64,000 nt of DNA, from assembly GCF_009914755.1 (NCBI RefSeq), contig NC_060929.1; one strand, written 5' to 3'. This DNA comes from the human T2T-CHM13v2.0 reference genome, Homo sapiens. Shown here one piece after another: positions 14,301 to 30,730 of this stretch. How positions within the stretch are numbered: the first letter of the stretch is position 1; the number at the start of each line of letters is the position of its first letter. The notes under the pieces are model-generated. The model was not told the DNA's origin, made no database searches, and worked only from the letters and a program-made list of their open reading frames with translations. Position numbers and translations under genes: made by a program.

Positions 14301-15832
14301 CAATGATTCTTTATTTGGCAATGAAACTGGCTGTATTCCAAACATTTCCTCCCTATAAGCTAATCCAAGGATTGTATTATACTAACTGTATACTAGGTTA
14401 GGAAGCCCACAGTCCACAGATAACAAAATTTGAGAATGTGTTTGTTAATTGTTCAACAAAAATTAGTTGACTATTACTAGGCTTTGAGCTAAGAGCTGGA
14501 GTTTTAAGTTACTTATATTTCTTTAGGTCACATAGTTGATTTTTGTTGGGCCCATGTTAGTAAAGTGTATCATCTGCTTATATACTCTGATCAATCACTT
14601 AATTTTGAGACAAGATCCACCAGAAAAAGGAAGCTTTCTTAAGAACAGAAGTATTGGATGTTATGAGTTATGGGATTCGACTTTGCCAAGATGTTTTCTC
14701 CAGTTCCTTGAGATTCCTCAACATGGATTCACAGTCAAATATAACCCGACCTTAAAAGAGAAACCATCATTTCTTCCTTATATAACCCATCCAATAGTCT
14801 GTGGGGCACTTCCTCAACTCTCAAGCCAGGCTTATTTTTCCAAAGATGTTGCCACTGGACTTTAAAATCTAGAATCCACAGTAGGAATGACTAGATTTTT
14901 AAGCCAAAGTATTCTCTACTGATGAGAGTCCAACTCTATTGTATCCTACTGAGAATATTATTCAGAATAAGATCCTTCGATGGCTTTGTTGCTCTCTATT
15001 CAGCCTTTTACTCAAGGCAGAAATAGTCTGGCCCCAAAATGTTCAGTCCTGGAAGAATTTCAACTTGGTAATGGTTTATCAATATCACAATGAGAACCAG
15101 AGTGAGTAAAACAGATTTATGACAGATGTAATTCTAATTCCAAATTGGTAAACCATGACTGTGCCCTGTTTCTATTTTGACTTATAATTGATTAATTTCT
15201 TAGATAAATTGGGTGGGTGCTGCAACCTGCTTTAGCAAATAAGAAGATCAGTATCATTTAGGTGGTTTGGCTTTGCTGTGCAGTTATCACATTTCTGTCT
15301 GCCAGTTTTTCCCAGTTTGCTTACATCCATGGAATGTTGACATAGAGTTTTCAGAAAATTCCATAGCCCTTAGAACTTAAAAGTTACCTGGTTTACATGG
15401 CAAATTTAGTCCATTTTTCTTCCATCTTTATCTTGGGTTATACTTTATCAAATTATTGCCTGAGATTGTATTATATTTTAATGGTGCTTCCCTGTTAATT
15501 TGTCTGCATTAATCTGGCATATTAATACAACTACCTCTTTGTTTCTATTTGTCCCTTTCACTGTAAAGACTAGAACAGGGTGCAAAATGGCCCCTGTTCT
15601 AGCATTTTAAAGTCCACTGGGGAAGAAAAATTAATGCACACAAACCAAGTACAGGGTTACCCTTGTGTTGGTTAGGACCTTACTGTTCTTAGAGATTTCA
15701 CTGTGCTTGCCTTGAGGTTCCCAAAGGAAGATTCTCCCTTATTCTTCTCTCTGTATCCACATTCCTATATTTCCCCTTTTTTTCTACTGCTGTATTAGCC
15801 CCTTCTCACATGGCTAAAAAAAGACATACCTG

Positions 15833-16739
15833 GGGGGAGGAGCCAAGATGGCCGAATAGGAACAGCTCAGGTCTACAGCTCCCAGCGTGAGCGACGCAGA
15901 AGATGGGTGATTTCTGCATTTCCATCTGAGGTACCGGGTTCATCTCACTAGGGAGTGCCAGACAGTGGGCGCAGGTCAGTGGGTGCACGCACCATGCGCG
16001 AGCCGAAGCAGGGCGAGGCATTGCCTCATTTGGGAAGCGCAAGGGGTCAGCGAGTTCCCTTTCTGAGTCAAAGAAAGGGGTGACAGACGGCACCTGGAAA
16101 ATCGGGTCACTCCCACCCGAATACTGCGCTTTTCCGACGGGCTTAAAAAACGGCGCACCACGAAATTACATCCCACACCTGGCTCGGAGGGTCCTACGCC
16201 CACGGAGTCTCGCTGATTGCTAGCACAGCAGTCTGAGATCAAACTGCAAGGCAGCAGCGAGGCTGGGGGAGGGGCGCCCGCCATTGCCCAGGCTTGCTTA
16301 GGTAAACAAAGCTGCTGGGAAGCTCCAACTGGGTGGAGCCCACCACAGCTCAGGGAGGCCTGCCTGCCTCTGTAGGCTCCACCTCTGGGGGCAGGGCACA
16401 GGCAAACAAAAAGACAGCAGTAACCTCTGCAGACTTAAATGTCCCTGTCTGACAGCTTTGAAGAGAGCAGTGGTTCTCCCAGCACGCAGCTGGAGATCTG
16501 AGAACGGGCAGACTGCCTCCTCAAGTGGGTCCCTGACCCCTGACCCCCGAGCAGCCTAACTGGGAGGCACCCCCCAGCAGGGGCACACTGACACCTCACA
16601 CGGCAGGGTACTCCAACAGACCTGCGGCTGAGGGTCCTGTCTGTTAGAAGGAAAACTAACAAACAGAAAGGACATCCACACCAAAAACCCATCTGTACAT
16701 CACCATCATCAAAGACCAAAAGTAGATAAAATCACAAAG
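15833..16739. promoter_or_regulatory. L1 5'UTR bidirectional promoter (sense plus antisense), CpG-rich, with an intact YY1 site at 15844-15854
   Basis: caagatggccg motif and many retained CpGs; promoter function follows from established L1 biology and is not shown for this copy. Confidence 0.8.
15976..16284 (-). CDS. L1 antisense ORF0 (open, 102 aa in this copy)
   Basis: MAGAPPPASL..CSLISDCCASNQRDSVGVGPSEPG matches the ORF0 N-terminus; strong Kozak gcaATGg. Expression is unknown. Confidence 0.6.
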   Translation of the reverse strand: MAGAPPPASLLPCSLISDCCASNQRDSVGVGPSEPGVGCNFVVRRFLSPSEKRSIRVGVTRFSRCRLSPLSLTQKGNSLTPCASQMRQCLALLRLAHGACTH

Positions 16740-17748
16740 ATGGGGAAAAAAACAGAACAGAAAAACTGGAAACTCTAAAACGCAGAGCACCTCTCCTCCT
16801 CCAAAGAAACGCAGTTCCTCACCAGCAACGGAACAAAGGTGGATGGAGCATGACTTTGACGAGCTGAGAGAAGAAGGCTTCAGACGATCAAATTACTCTG
16901 AGCTACGGGAGGACATTCAAACCAAAGGCAAAGAAGTTGAAAACTTTGAAAAAAATTTAGAAGAATGTATAACTAGAATAACCAATACAGAGAAGTGCTT
17001 AAAGGAGCTGATGGAGCTGAAAACCAAGGCTCGAGAACTACGTGAAGAATGCAGAAGCCTCAGAAGCTGATGCGATCAACTGGAAGAAAGGGTATCAGCA
17101 ATGGAAGATGAAATGAAGCGAGAAAGGAAGTTTAGAGAAAAAAGAGTAAAAAGAAATGAGCAAAGCCTCCAAGAAATATGGGACTATGTGAAAAGACCAA
17201 ATCTACGTCTGATTGGTGTACCTGAAAGTGATGGGGAGAATGGAACCAAGTTGGAAAACACTCTGCAGGATATTATCCAGGAGAACTTCCCCAATCTAGC
17301 AAGGCAGGCCAACGTTCAGATTCAGGAAATACAGAGAACGCCACAAAGATACTCCTCGAGAAGAGCAACTCCAAGACACATAATTGTCAGATTCACCAAA
17401 GTTGAAATGAAGGAAAAAATGTTAAGGGCAGCCAGAGAGAAAGGTTGGGTTACCCTCAAAGGGAAGCCCATCAGACTAACAGCGGATCTCTCGGCAGAAA
17501 CCCTACAAGCCAGAAGACAGTGGGGACCAATATTCAACATTCTTAAAGAAAAGAATTTTCAACCCAGAATTTCATATCCAGCCAAACTAAGCTTCATAAG
17601 TGAAGGAGAAATAAAATACTTTACAGACAAGCAAATGCTGAGAGATTTTGTCACCACCAGGCCTGCCCTAAAAGAGCTCCTGAAGGAAGCGCTAAACATG
17701 GAAAGGAACAACCGGTACCAGCCGCTGCAAAATCATGCCAAAATGTAA
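16740..17748 (+). pseudogene. L1 ORF1p, disrupted
   Basis: ATG at 16740 followed by 7 A instead of 6 (+1 frameshift); TGA at 17068-17070; short in-frame deletion near MEDEMK; C-terminus ...YQPLQNHAKM intact. Confidence 0.93.
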
Positions 17749-17811
17749 AGACCATCAAGACTCGGAAGAAACTGCATCAACTAACGAGCAAAATCACCAG
17801 CTAACATCATA

Positions 17812-21639
<3,828 letters not shown>

Positions 21640-23239
21640 ACAATGAGATCACATGGACACAGGAAGGGGTATATCACACTCTGGGGACTGTGGTGGGGTG
21701 GAGGGAGGGGGGAGGGATAGCATTGGGAGATATACCTAATGCTAGATGACGAGTTAGTGGGTGCAGCGCACCAGCATGGCACATGTATACATATGTAACT
21801 AACCTGCACAATGTGCACATGTACCCTAAAACTTAAAGTATAATAATAAAAAATAAAAAAAATAAAAAAAAGAAAATGAAAGACAGTACAAAGGATAAAC
21901 AGGCAAGAGACTTGAAAAGGTACTTTATAAATAAAGAATACCCAAATGTAAAAAAAAAAAAAAAAAAAAGACATACCTGTGACTGGGTAGTTTATAAAGG
22001 AAAGAGGTTGAATGACTCACAGTTCAGCATGGCTGGGGAGGCCTCAGGAAAGTTACAATAAAGGTGGAGAGGGAAGCAAACATATCCTTCTTTACCTGGC
22101 AGCAGGAGAGAGAATGAGTGCCCAGCAAAAGAGGAAGCCCCTTGTAAAACCATGAGATTTTATGAGAACTCACGCACTATCATGAGAACGGGATGGGAGA
22201 AACTGCCCCCATGACTCAGTTATCTCCACCTGGTCCCTCCCATGACATATGGCATTATGGGAACAACAATTCAAGATGAATTTGGGTGGGGACACAGCTA
22301 AACCATATCATTCCACTCCTGGCCCCTCCCAAATCTCATGTCCTCACAATTCAAAACACAATCATGCCCTTCCAACAGTCCCCCAAAGTGTAAAATTTCC
22401 CACATTTTCCTGTGTTCTTCTGAGCCCTCCAAACTGTTCCAATCTCTGTGTGTTACTCAGTTCCAAAGTCACTTCCACAGTTTTGGGTATCTTTATAGCA
22501 ATGCCCCACTCCCAGTAATAATTTGCTGTTTTAGTTCGTTCTCACGCTGCTAATAAATACATACCTAACTAAGACTGGGTAATTTATAAGGAAAGAGGCT
22601 TGATTAACTCAGAGTTCAGCATGGCTGGGGGGGCCTCAGGAAACTTATAATCATGGCAGATGGTGAAGCAAACACACCCTTTCTCACATGGTGGCAGGAG
22701 AGACACTGAGTGCTCAGTGAAAGGGGAAGTCCCTTGCAAAACCATCAGATCTTGTGAGAGTTAACTCACTATCACGAGAACAGGATGGGTGAAACCTCCC
22801 CCATGATTAAATGACCTCCACTTGGTCCCACAACACGTAGGGATTATAGGAACTACAATTCAAGATGAGATTTGGCTGGGGGCACAGAAAAACCATATCA
22901 ACTGCATTTCCACACTTTTGGTTCTATCCTTGTACTGTCATCAGATATAAACTTTGCCCTTTCAAAGTCAGAAATTGACCCACACCTAAGTGTTTCTTGA
23001 ACTTAATAACTTCACAGACAGGAGTCATAAAGGAAGGATTGCATCACAAGGTACTGTGTTGTACCCTCCACTGATACCTCCTCCTTACCTCACCTTTTTA
23101 TGTCTCTTTTCCTCAGACTCTTGAGTAAAACAAGCATATTCTTCCCCTTTTTCACATAAAACAGTTCTTACACCACTGTAGGTATTGTAGGAGAGAAGGT
23201 CAGGGAGACAATGGGTCTGTCACTTCAGGAATGCAGGGA

Positions 23240-24070
23240 GTGGGATTTATTTGTTGTCTTGATCCCCCCTGAAGCAGACCCTGAGGTAAATCAGCTTTTT
23301 TATTAAGGAGTTCCTCCCGAGGAACATGGATAAAGAATGGGGAAGTGAGGCAGGAAAGGGAAGGAAGCCAGTTGAAGCTTAGTCCTGCTGGGGAGCTTCT
23401 ATTGAGGAAAAATTTTCAAATGGTAAAATCGTTTATTTCATGCAAACATGAAATGAACACATATCAAGGATTTCATTCAACTTATCAATTATGAAGGGAA
23501 CTAGTATGATATTACAAAGAGTTCAAATAAAAATTTGACTTATCTACTGTACAAAATCCACTGACTTTGTCATGAGTGGTAAACATTTGCTTTGCTATGG
23601 ACAGAAAACATCCATCTGCAGTCCATCAGCTTTGCCATCAGTGCCCCACAAACTTCTGCCTCTACAGACAGAAAATAAAATACTTAGTCAGACAATCAAA
23701 GCTGTATGCTCTTATGGAATAGACAATGCCTGAGGGTCACTAAATCATACCCAACATTCCTTTGAAAGAACATCCAGTAATCTCTTTTACCCACTTCCAA
23801 GTCTTTCACAATTTTTTTTCACAACAGTATAGAACATGCCTCAGAGTTGTCCCACCTGAGAGAAAGGAAGCTAGGATATTTATTCATTGATTCCAGTCAG
23901 CATTGATTGACTGGCCTTTCCACCTAGCGTTGTACATTGGCCAAGATTATAAAAAAAATCCTCGGGCAAAGTCACAAGGGCTGGCAATAAGCAGCCCTCT
24001 GTGCACAGAGGTGAATGCCAAGGGGGACAGGGAGAGAGTAAAAGAAGATTAGGCACTAGTATTGTCTGCT
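23240..24070 (-). mobile_element. Old MLT1 (J/K-like) LTR pieces, interrupted at ~23402-23823 by an AT-rich TG...CA-bounded segment
   Basis: cccccctgaagcagaccctgagg and cctcagagttgtcccacctgag resemble old MLT1 LTRs; the insert is unclassified. Confidence 0.45.
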
Positions 24071-24994
24071 ACACTTGTCTTGTTTATTATTTGTTGATTT
24101 GATGTTTTGTCTGTTCCACCTTTCCCACCAGAATGCAAGTTACCTGAGGGCCAGAACATGTCTGTCTTAGATTTCACTGTCTCCCCAACAATTGTCCAGC
24201 ATGTCGTAGGCACTCAATAAATATTTTATGAATATTGTTAAATAATATGGGCCTTGAGCTGGACCTTAGAGACAGGTTGCAGTCCAGATTTAGAGGAAGG
24301 GAGTCTGCAGGGAACTGTAAGAGACCCAACTAGCCAGGTTTAGTACCATGTCCTGGGGCATCAACTGCACAGTTGCTCACCGGTTACTCACTCCATGGCC
24401 AAGCTCCTCTCATGCCAAGTCGTGTTCATACTAAGAACAGAGGAACACAAAGTACAGACTCTGCTTGCAACATACTTGAAAATGGTCAATAACACAGCAT
24501 TATACCTCCCACCCCTTGCTTAATTAGTATCCATTAATTACTCTCCGTGTGTGCTCATAACACTGAGACCTTTCTATACACTTTCCAAGACTCAGAACAA
24601 AGAAAGCATAAAAGAGCAGAGACATTTTCTGTGAGGCATGCAGTATGCTCATCCAGGACAGATCTTGGAAAAGTCTATGAAAAATCTAAATTGCATGTAG
24701 GCATCACTGAACAGACCCAAGAGATGTACTGGTTTTATTAAGTAGCCAGATGGCCTTCCAGAGTAGCCAGAAGAGCAGACAGGCCCCAGATGACAAATGA
24801 TGAGGGGCCTTCCCTATGGGCATTTTGTGAGACAACGTGTTGACATTAGGTATGGAAGAAATCCATAACTACAGTGTTCATGCAAATTCTCAAGAAAAGC
24901 AGGTGCTATTCACTGACCTTACCCAAATGAAATTTTACCAGAGAAAACAGCCCAACTCCCTTTTAAGTTTAATAACAGCAGGCTCTTTCCTCCA

Positions 24995-25065
24995 CACAAA
25001 CAAAAGCAAAAAAAAAAAAAAAACAAAACAAAAAAACAAACAAACAAAAAAAACACAAAAACCAC
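24995..25065. repeat. A-rich / (CAAA)n low-complexity tract
   Basis: Directly visible. Confidence 0.9.
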
Positions 25066-28000
25066 TTCAAAATAAATTCCATACAAAAAACAAAGTGGGG
25101 AAAAAATATAGCTTGAAAATTGCCCTTGATTTGAAATGGGTTGACAGATGTCTTACAGAAATTTGGAGTACTGTCCAGACACTTAGAATCTACTCATTTT
25201 AAACAAAGTGCTCATGAAAGCATCATCATTGTCGGATATAAAGGAATGCTTAAAAAAACTATAAAAATAAATACATGCATTTTTATTAGTGTCAATATTA
25301 TTTACCAATAACAATTAAATGGTTTAGAAATACAGAGAGAACATTGTAGATTGGTTAGTTTTTAGTCCTCAGAAGAAAATCTAAGGTTTATCCTGGTAAT
25401 GCAAATATTCTTCATGTGTATGTATGTTTAGTTGTATGTTGCATTTTAATAGACATAGCTGGATTCTCCAGGAAGAGATGGCTCTGAGAACCTGAACACT
25501 CCTCCTCTAACTGAGTAACTCATAGAAAGCTGTTAGATACCCACAGGAAAAAAGAGACAATAGGTAAGCTGCCCCGTCTCCATTACAAGTCAAGAATCTA
25601 CACTTTGGGATGACTTGGAAACTATCCAATCATTCACTCAAAAGAAGTTTTTAAGGTACTACTGCATCAGTCATTTTTATGGTGTCAAAAAATGTTTTTG
25701 CCTTCAAGAAGCTTATGTATTGTCATGGAGAATAGGAGCAGAGATATTAAGGCCATACTTTACAAAACTGTAAGCACTGAATGGAAAAAAACTGGGGAGA
25801 AAAATTTTCCTGAAGACCATATGCTAAGTAAATAGTTAAATATATACAGTAACTGTAAAAATAGAAGCAGAGAACTTAGGGGAAGGAATTGAGAGAAAAT
25901 TATAGGAATTTCAAGGAAGCCAACAATCCATCACTTGTCAACAAGAACTTCAGGGACACCTGCCACTTGCCCAAGACTGTGTTAGAGGCAGGCGAAGAAG
26001 TGTCAAGTTTAATTTCTACCCTATGGGACCCAAGGTTGAAGTGAGGATGCATTATTACACAGACAGAAAAATTAGTAGACAACTCAAACTAGCATAAAAT
26101 TAAAAAGGAAAAAAAAGGTCATCAGTGTCAATGAAGGTTTCCTACAGAAAGTATGTTTGGGAAAGTATTATAGTAGGAAGCAAGGAGCTAGGTTTTGCTC
26201 TGGCTACTGCTACCTAAGAGATTACTTTATTTACAGCCAGATCAAATTGCCTCAGATTCTTGCCTGTTCTAAAAATCAAGCATCTTTACTATAAAGAGTG
26301 AGATCTTGATGGGAATAATATGTAGCAGTGTCCAGAAGCATTTAGTGTGAAAGCAGAAAAGCACACAGAAAATACAAAATTCTGCAAAATGTTCAACAAT
26401 GATCATCACTGCAGGACAAAAAGCAGGAAACTGGGATTCTCTCACTATACCCTCTCTAGGAATTATCACTGCCTGACAGCAGATGTGAGAATTCTCCTTC
26501 TTAAAGCCCTAATTAGCAGACTGATTCTCTGCTCTTTACACTTGACGTAAAGAAATGTACACCAACTGTGTCTATTTAGGATTCAAATGTCCAGGAGGTG
26601 ATATTTTCCTTCTCTTCAGGTCTAAGTCAGCAAAGGCCTGATCTGGTAGTCGGGAAACAAGGTTTGGTCTACAATTATTCGGATGGTAGGGCATCTACAT
26701 TGATAAAAACGATCCTGGAATGGGTGGTCAATGCAGAACACATGCAGAATTCATATCACACACAGAGTGAGGTGGGGAGACATGTCGAACATATTGCAAA
26801 GTTTTCCCATTATCCAAAGGAATCAGATACAGCAGTCAGTGCACATTAACACATAGCTCCCAGACATGACAGCTGCAGAACCCTGAGGACCTCGTGATGG
26901 AAAGAACTGACCTCGTGTCATCTAGGAACAGAGGGAAGGCAGCACGAACACGAGAGGCCAACACCTGGCTTCTATTTCTGACTCTGCCGCAGACACTCTG
27001 GCAATTTTTCCAGAAACTGTAAAGCTGTGGGTTTTAAATTGTTGGGAAATGTTAGGTTTGTGGCTTTCTTTGCCTGTGGGAACAGAGAGATAATTTTTCT
27101 TCTTTTTTCCCCTCTTTCTGAAATTGTCATCATCTTCTCTTCTTGTAAAATTTGACCAAGTGCTTTCAAGAGAATCTAGAGCTTAGAAGACTATCACTTT
27201 GACTTTAGGACCCCACAATCTTTCCTCTGTGCTCAAAATGAGGTTAGGCCAAGGGACATAAAGCAACATGCTAACACTAGAGATCCCGTCAATAGTTTCT
27301 ATTTGGGGTACGGATATTGGTCTAATGGAAAATGTTCCCATTAAGAACAAACATTCTCTTCACTGGAAATACTCATTAAGAGCTAGGCCTAATTTAATTC
27401 TATAGAGAATTAATAGGGTTCTAGAAATGTAGATGATTCATAGCTAATGTGCCCAGTACCAGTCATTCAAGATGTGTGAATACACAGAAGAAAATTCCAG
27501 CATGAGGAAAAATGTTAAATGTTAGAGGTATCCCTTTTAGGAAGGCCAAAATAAAGAACTCTGATCAGCTTATATATTTTTAGAAAGCAATACAGTTGGG
27601 ATCAAGCTATAGCTATCTTTCTCCCTATCTTTACCTTTATCCCTTACCAATGTAAATAAATTGGCCACATTTGCAATAAACTCCATTAGGTTTCACGTAG
27701 AATCTCTGGCAGGGAAAATCTTATCTAGGTAAGGTACCCAGAGAAAAATGAGGAAAGAGACACTGGCTTACAGAAATTGACTCCTTCTGGGCTCATCCTT
27801 GCAGTTTTCAGAGGGAGTGGTCTGGATTAGGTTTGGAGATCAGCTCAGCAGAGAGGTAGGAACATGAGATGAAGATTAAGAAGTTCTGGCTCCAGTTTAC
27901 TTAAAACCTCGAAGTTACATTTTTCTCATCTGTAGGTTGGGGCTAATAACATTCCTGTTTACACAGGTCTCTCAGAACTGCTGTATGAAATAAGCAAGCT

Positions 28001-28599
28001 CAAGAACTTTGATACTTTGAAAGACATGGAGTGCTATCCAAATATATAGCATTCTTATTAAGGTAAATAGGAAAGGCTGTGGAATAGTTGGCTATTAGAA
28101 CTGAGTAAAGTAAAAGCTTGAAGACCCAGGGAAAGGACATCAGTGTTACTCTGGGACTAAGTCTTGCTGGAGCATTGCAGCAGAAGAGTCCAGAATCTGC
28201 CCTGGGCATTTGGCTACTTAGTATGAGTGCTCAGCGGTGACACTTCAGTATTCAGGGCGCAGCACCATATGATTCTGATTAGCCAAGTGCCGGCGCTTCC
28301 TATTCACTGTTTCCAGCAATCCTATTCCCTAGAAGGTCACCATATACATTGTTTTCACCTCTCTTCTTCGCTCCTGCCTCTCCTGGGCTCAAGACTGCAA
28401 GCAGAACTAAAATGTCACAGTTGCCACCTGTGCAGGTAGTAGGGTCAGCAGACCTCACCTGCCACAGCTGAACCTGATCCTAACTTTGCTCCCATTGCAG
28501 CTTCTCCATGGTGCCCTGTGTCTGCAGAGCTAATGAGGAGGAGCACTTACAGGAGGGAGAACAGGGAAAGGATCCTGACCCAGACCGAGACTGTAAGAC

Positions 28600-30184
28600 T
28601 GTCCTGGTTATTCAGCTTCATATCTCAACTTCAGGCCTACCCTTCTCCTCTCTGCTTTGTGATGTTGCCAGTCTGCCAACCAGTCTTCCTTCATCACCTG
28701 GCTCCACGTTAGGCTCTGCTAATCAGGTTCTAGGGAAGGCTGCAAGGCTTGGAGAGGGAGAGGAAAGAGACCTACCCTTTTCACTTTGCTACTTGCTCTT
28801 GTCTGTGTCACTGCAGCATCCATCTCTTCTTTAACCGGTAGCAGCTGTTACAGCAGCCTCATGGCAGGCAGCTCTTCAGAAGCCTAAGTCCAGCTCCCAT
28901 GGGCCCCTCCTCCAAGTCTCTAAACTTTAAAAACACCCAAGTTTCATTTTATTTCCCCAGCCCTATGTGTAATAGCTGCCTCCTGCAGTTACTGCCTGTA
29001 TGATAATTTGGTATCCTTTTCTTGCCTCTTCACTTCTTTAATATAGGCAGTCCTCACTTTGCACAGTTCTGAGGTGCATGAATTTAAGAGTTTGGTTAAA
29101 TAATGTCAGTACCCCCAATAACACAGTCAAATTTCAGTTACCATGGTATGTTAACTGTGAGTAATTGTAAAGTACAAGCTTTATTGTTCTCTTAAGTCCA
29201 CAAATCTGCATACATAACATGTGTATCATGATAAGTGACCAATCACGTCATTTTTTTCCTCAATCCATTTGTTGTTTACTGTGCATCTGTTATTCAGTTC
29301 ATACACAGATAGCAGAGCATATGGATGTGTTGCCTCCCTGCCTCCCAGTGATAAACCCACATAACATTTTATAGAAACAGAAAATCAAAAGAGGGGATCG
29401 GCCAGCAAAGTTGGAAATGCAGCAAAGAACTGACAAGTGATACCACTGGAAGTGAAATTCAAACCCAACATAAATGAAGTTATTAAAAAAAAAAATAGGT
29501 GACCGTGAGACCATTGACACTGCTGTCATTTGAGAGAGTCAGGATATGTGGTGTGAGGAAGCCAGGGAAAGGAAATGTAACATAAATCAGAAACATGGTT
29601 TTGGCATAAAGGATGATAATATCCCAAAGAAAGGAACATTGGAAAAAAAAAAAACCAAAACTTCACTTTAAAGAAACTCTAAGAGATATTTTATGACTTT
29701 GAAGGCAAGAAAGATAAATGTTAAAAGCTGATCCAAACTTAGAAAGGAGTATGACAATTTGCCAAGGCGCAGAAAACATGTTTGCTCAGTAGTGTTCATT
29801 ATAAGACAAGAAGAAGGTCAGCACTGTTCAAATTATTCTTGAAAAGGTTTTTAGAAAGATAGAAAATATTTTAAATCTCCATGTTTCTAAGGCTTCATAG
29901 TGTTCCAAATAAATGTTTGTTTTATTATGCGTTTCGTTTCCCTACACATTTACAACCAATAATAAGAGATTTTTAATATTTTGACAAAAATTATTAAGGG
30001 TCACAGAACAATCATAATTTTCTCCTTGATGATTAAGATTGCTTTGTGTGAGTACAGCTTGCAAAATCATTTTTATAGTCCCATACTACTGTGCCAAGCA
30101 GACTGCCTGTATCTGGTTAACAATTCTTTGTAGTAATTTTCTCTACTGAAGATGTAGATTCTGACCCCTGACTGACCTGATATG
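28600..30184 (+). mobile_element. ERVL LTR33-like element split by a Tigger
   Basis: cccttctcctctctgctttgtgatg...ctgcaaggct.ggagagggagagg resembles LTR33; it resumes after 30111 and ends ctgacccctgactgacctgata. Confidence 0.55.
29044..30109. mobile_element. Tigger (Tigger6-like) TcMar DNA transposon, non-autonomous
   Basis: Terminal inverted repeats taggcagtcctcactttgcacag ... ctgtgccaagcagactgcctg, each flanked by a TA dinucleotide. Confidence 0.75.
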
Positions 30185-30222
30185 ACCCCAAAAGCTCAAC
30201 CTGTTGGAAAGCCTTACCTCTC

Positions 30223-30730
30223 ATTACATTTCCCTGCCCTTTTGCTGTGGGTTAGTGAGAAAGAGCCATGAATGAAGAGGCAGAAGACTTCAGTTCAAAT
30301 TCAAGCTCTATTTGTTTGCTGAAAATAGTTATTTCCTCAAGTAAAAATGAAGTTGACAATAAAATCGGCTACCATAAAAATCAAGAGAACTCGATGACAC
30401 ATATATGTGAAAGTGCTTAGTGAGGTACCGGGGTAGGCTGAATAATGATCTCCAAAGATATCCACATCCTAATCTTCAGAACCTGTGAGCAGTACCTCAT
30501 ATAGCAGAAGAGGCTTCATGGCTGTGATTAAATTACTGATCACTTTCACATGTATGTGTCATTGGGTTCTCACAACAACCTTTATGGTAGCTGATTTTAT
30601 TATCAATTGCATTTTTACATGAAGAAATAACTATGTTCAGGAAACTAATAGAATTTGAACTGAATTCTTCTGCCTCTTCATTCACTGCTCTTTCTTATTA
30701 ACACACAGCAAAAAGGCAACAAAATGTAAT
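30223..30730. repeat. Inverted repeat, arms 30223-30415 and 30541-30730
   Basis: The reverse complement of the right arm aligns end to end with the left arm with a few small indels (roughly 80% by eye). Confidence 0.9.

Noticed and set aside
15570-15602. 11-bp perfect hairpin CTAGAACAGGG / CCCTGTTCTAG (similar short ones at 36306-36325 and ~39464-39488)
   Set aside because: Too short to call a terminator, MITE or pre-miRNA, with no TSD or other supporting context.
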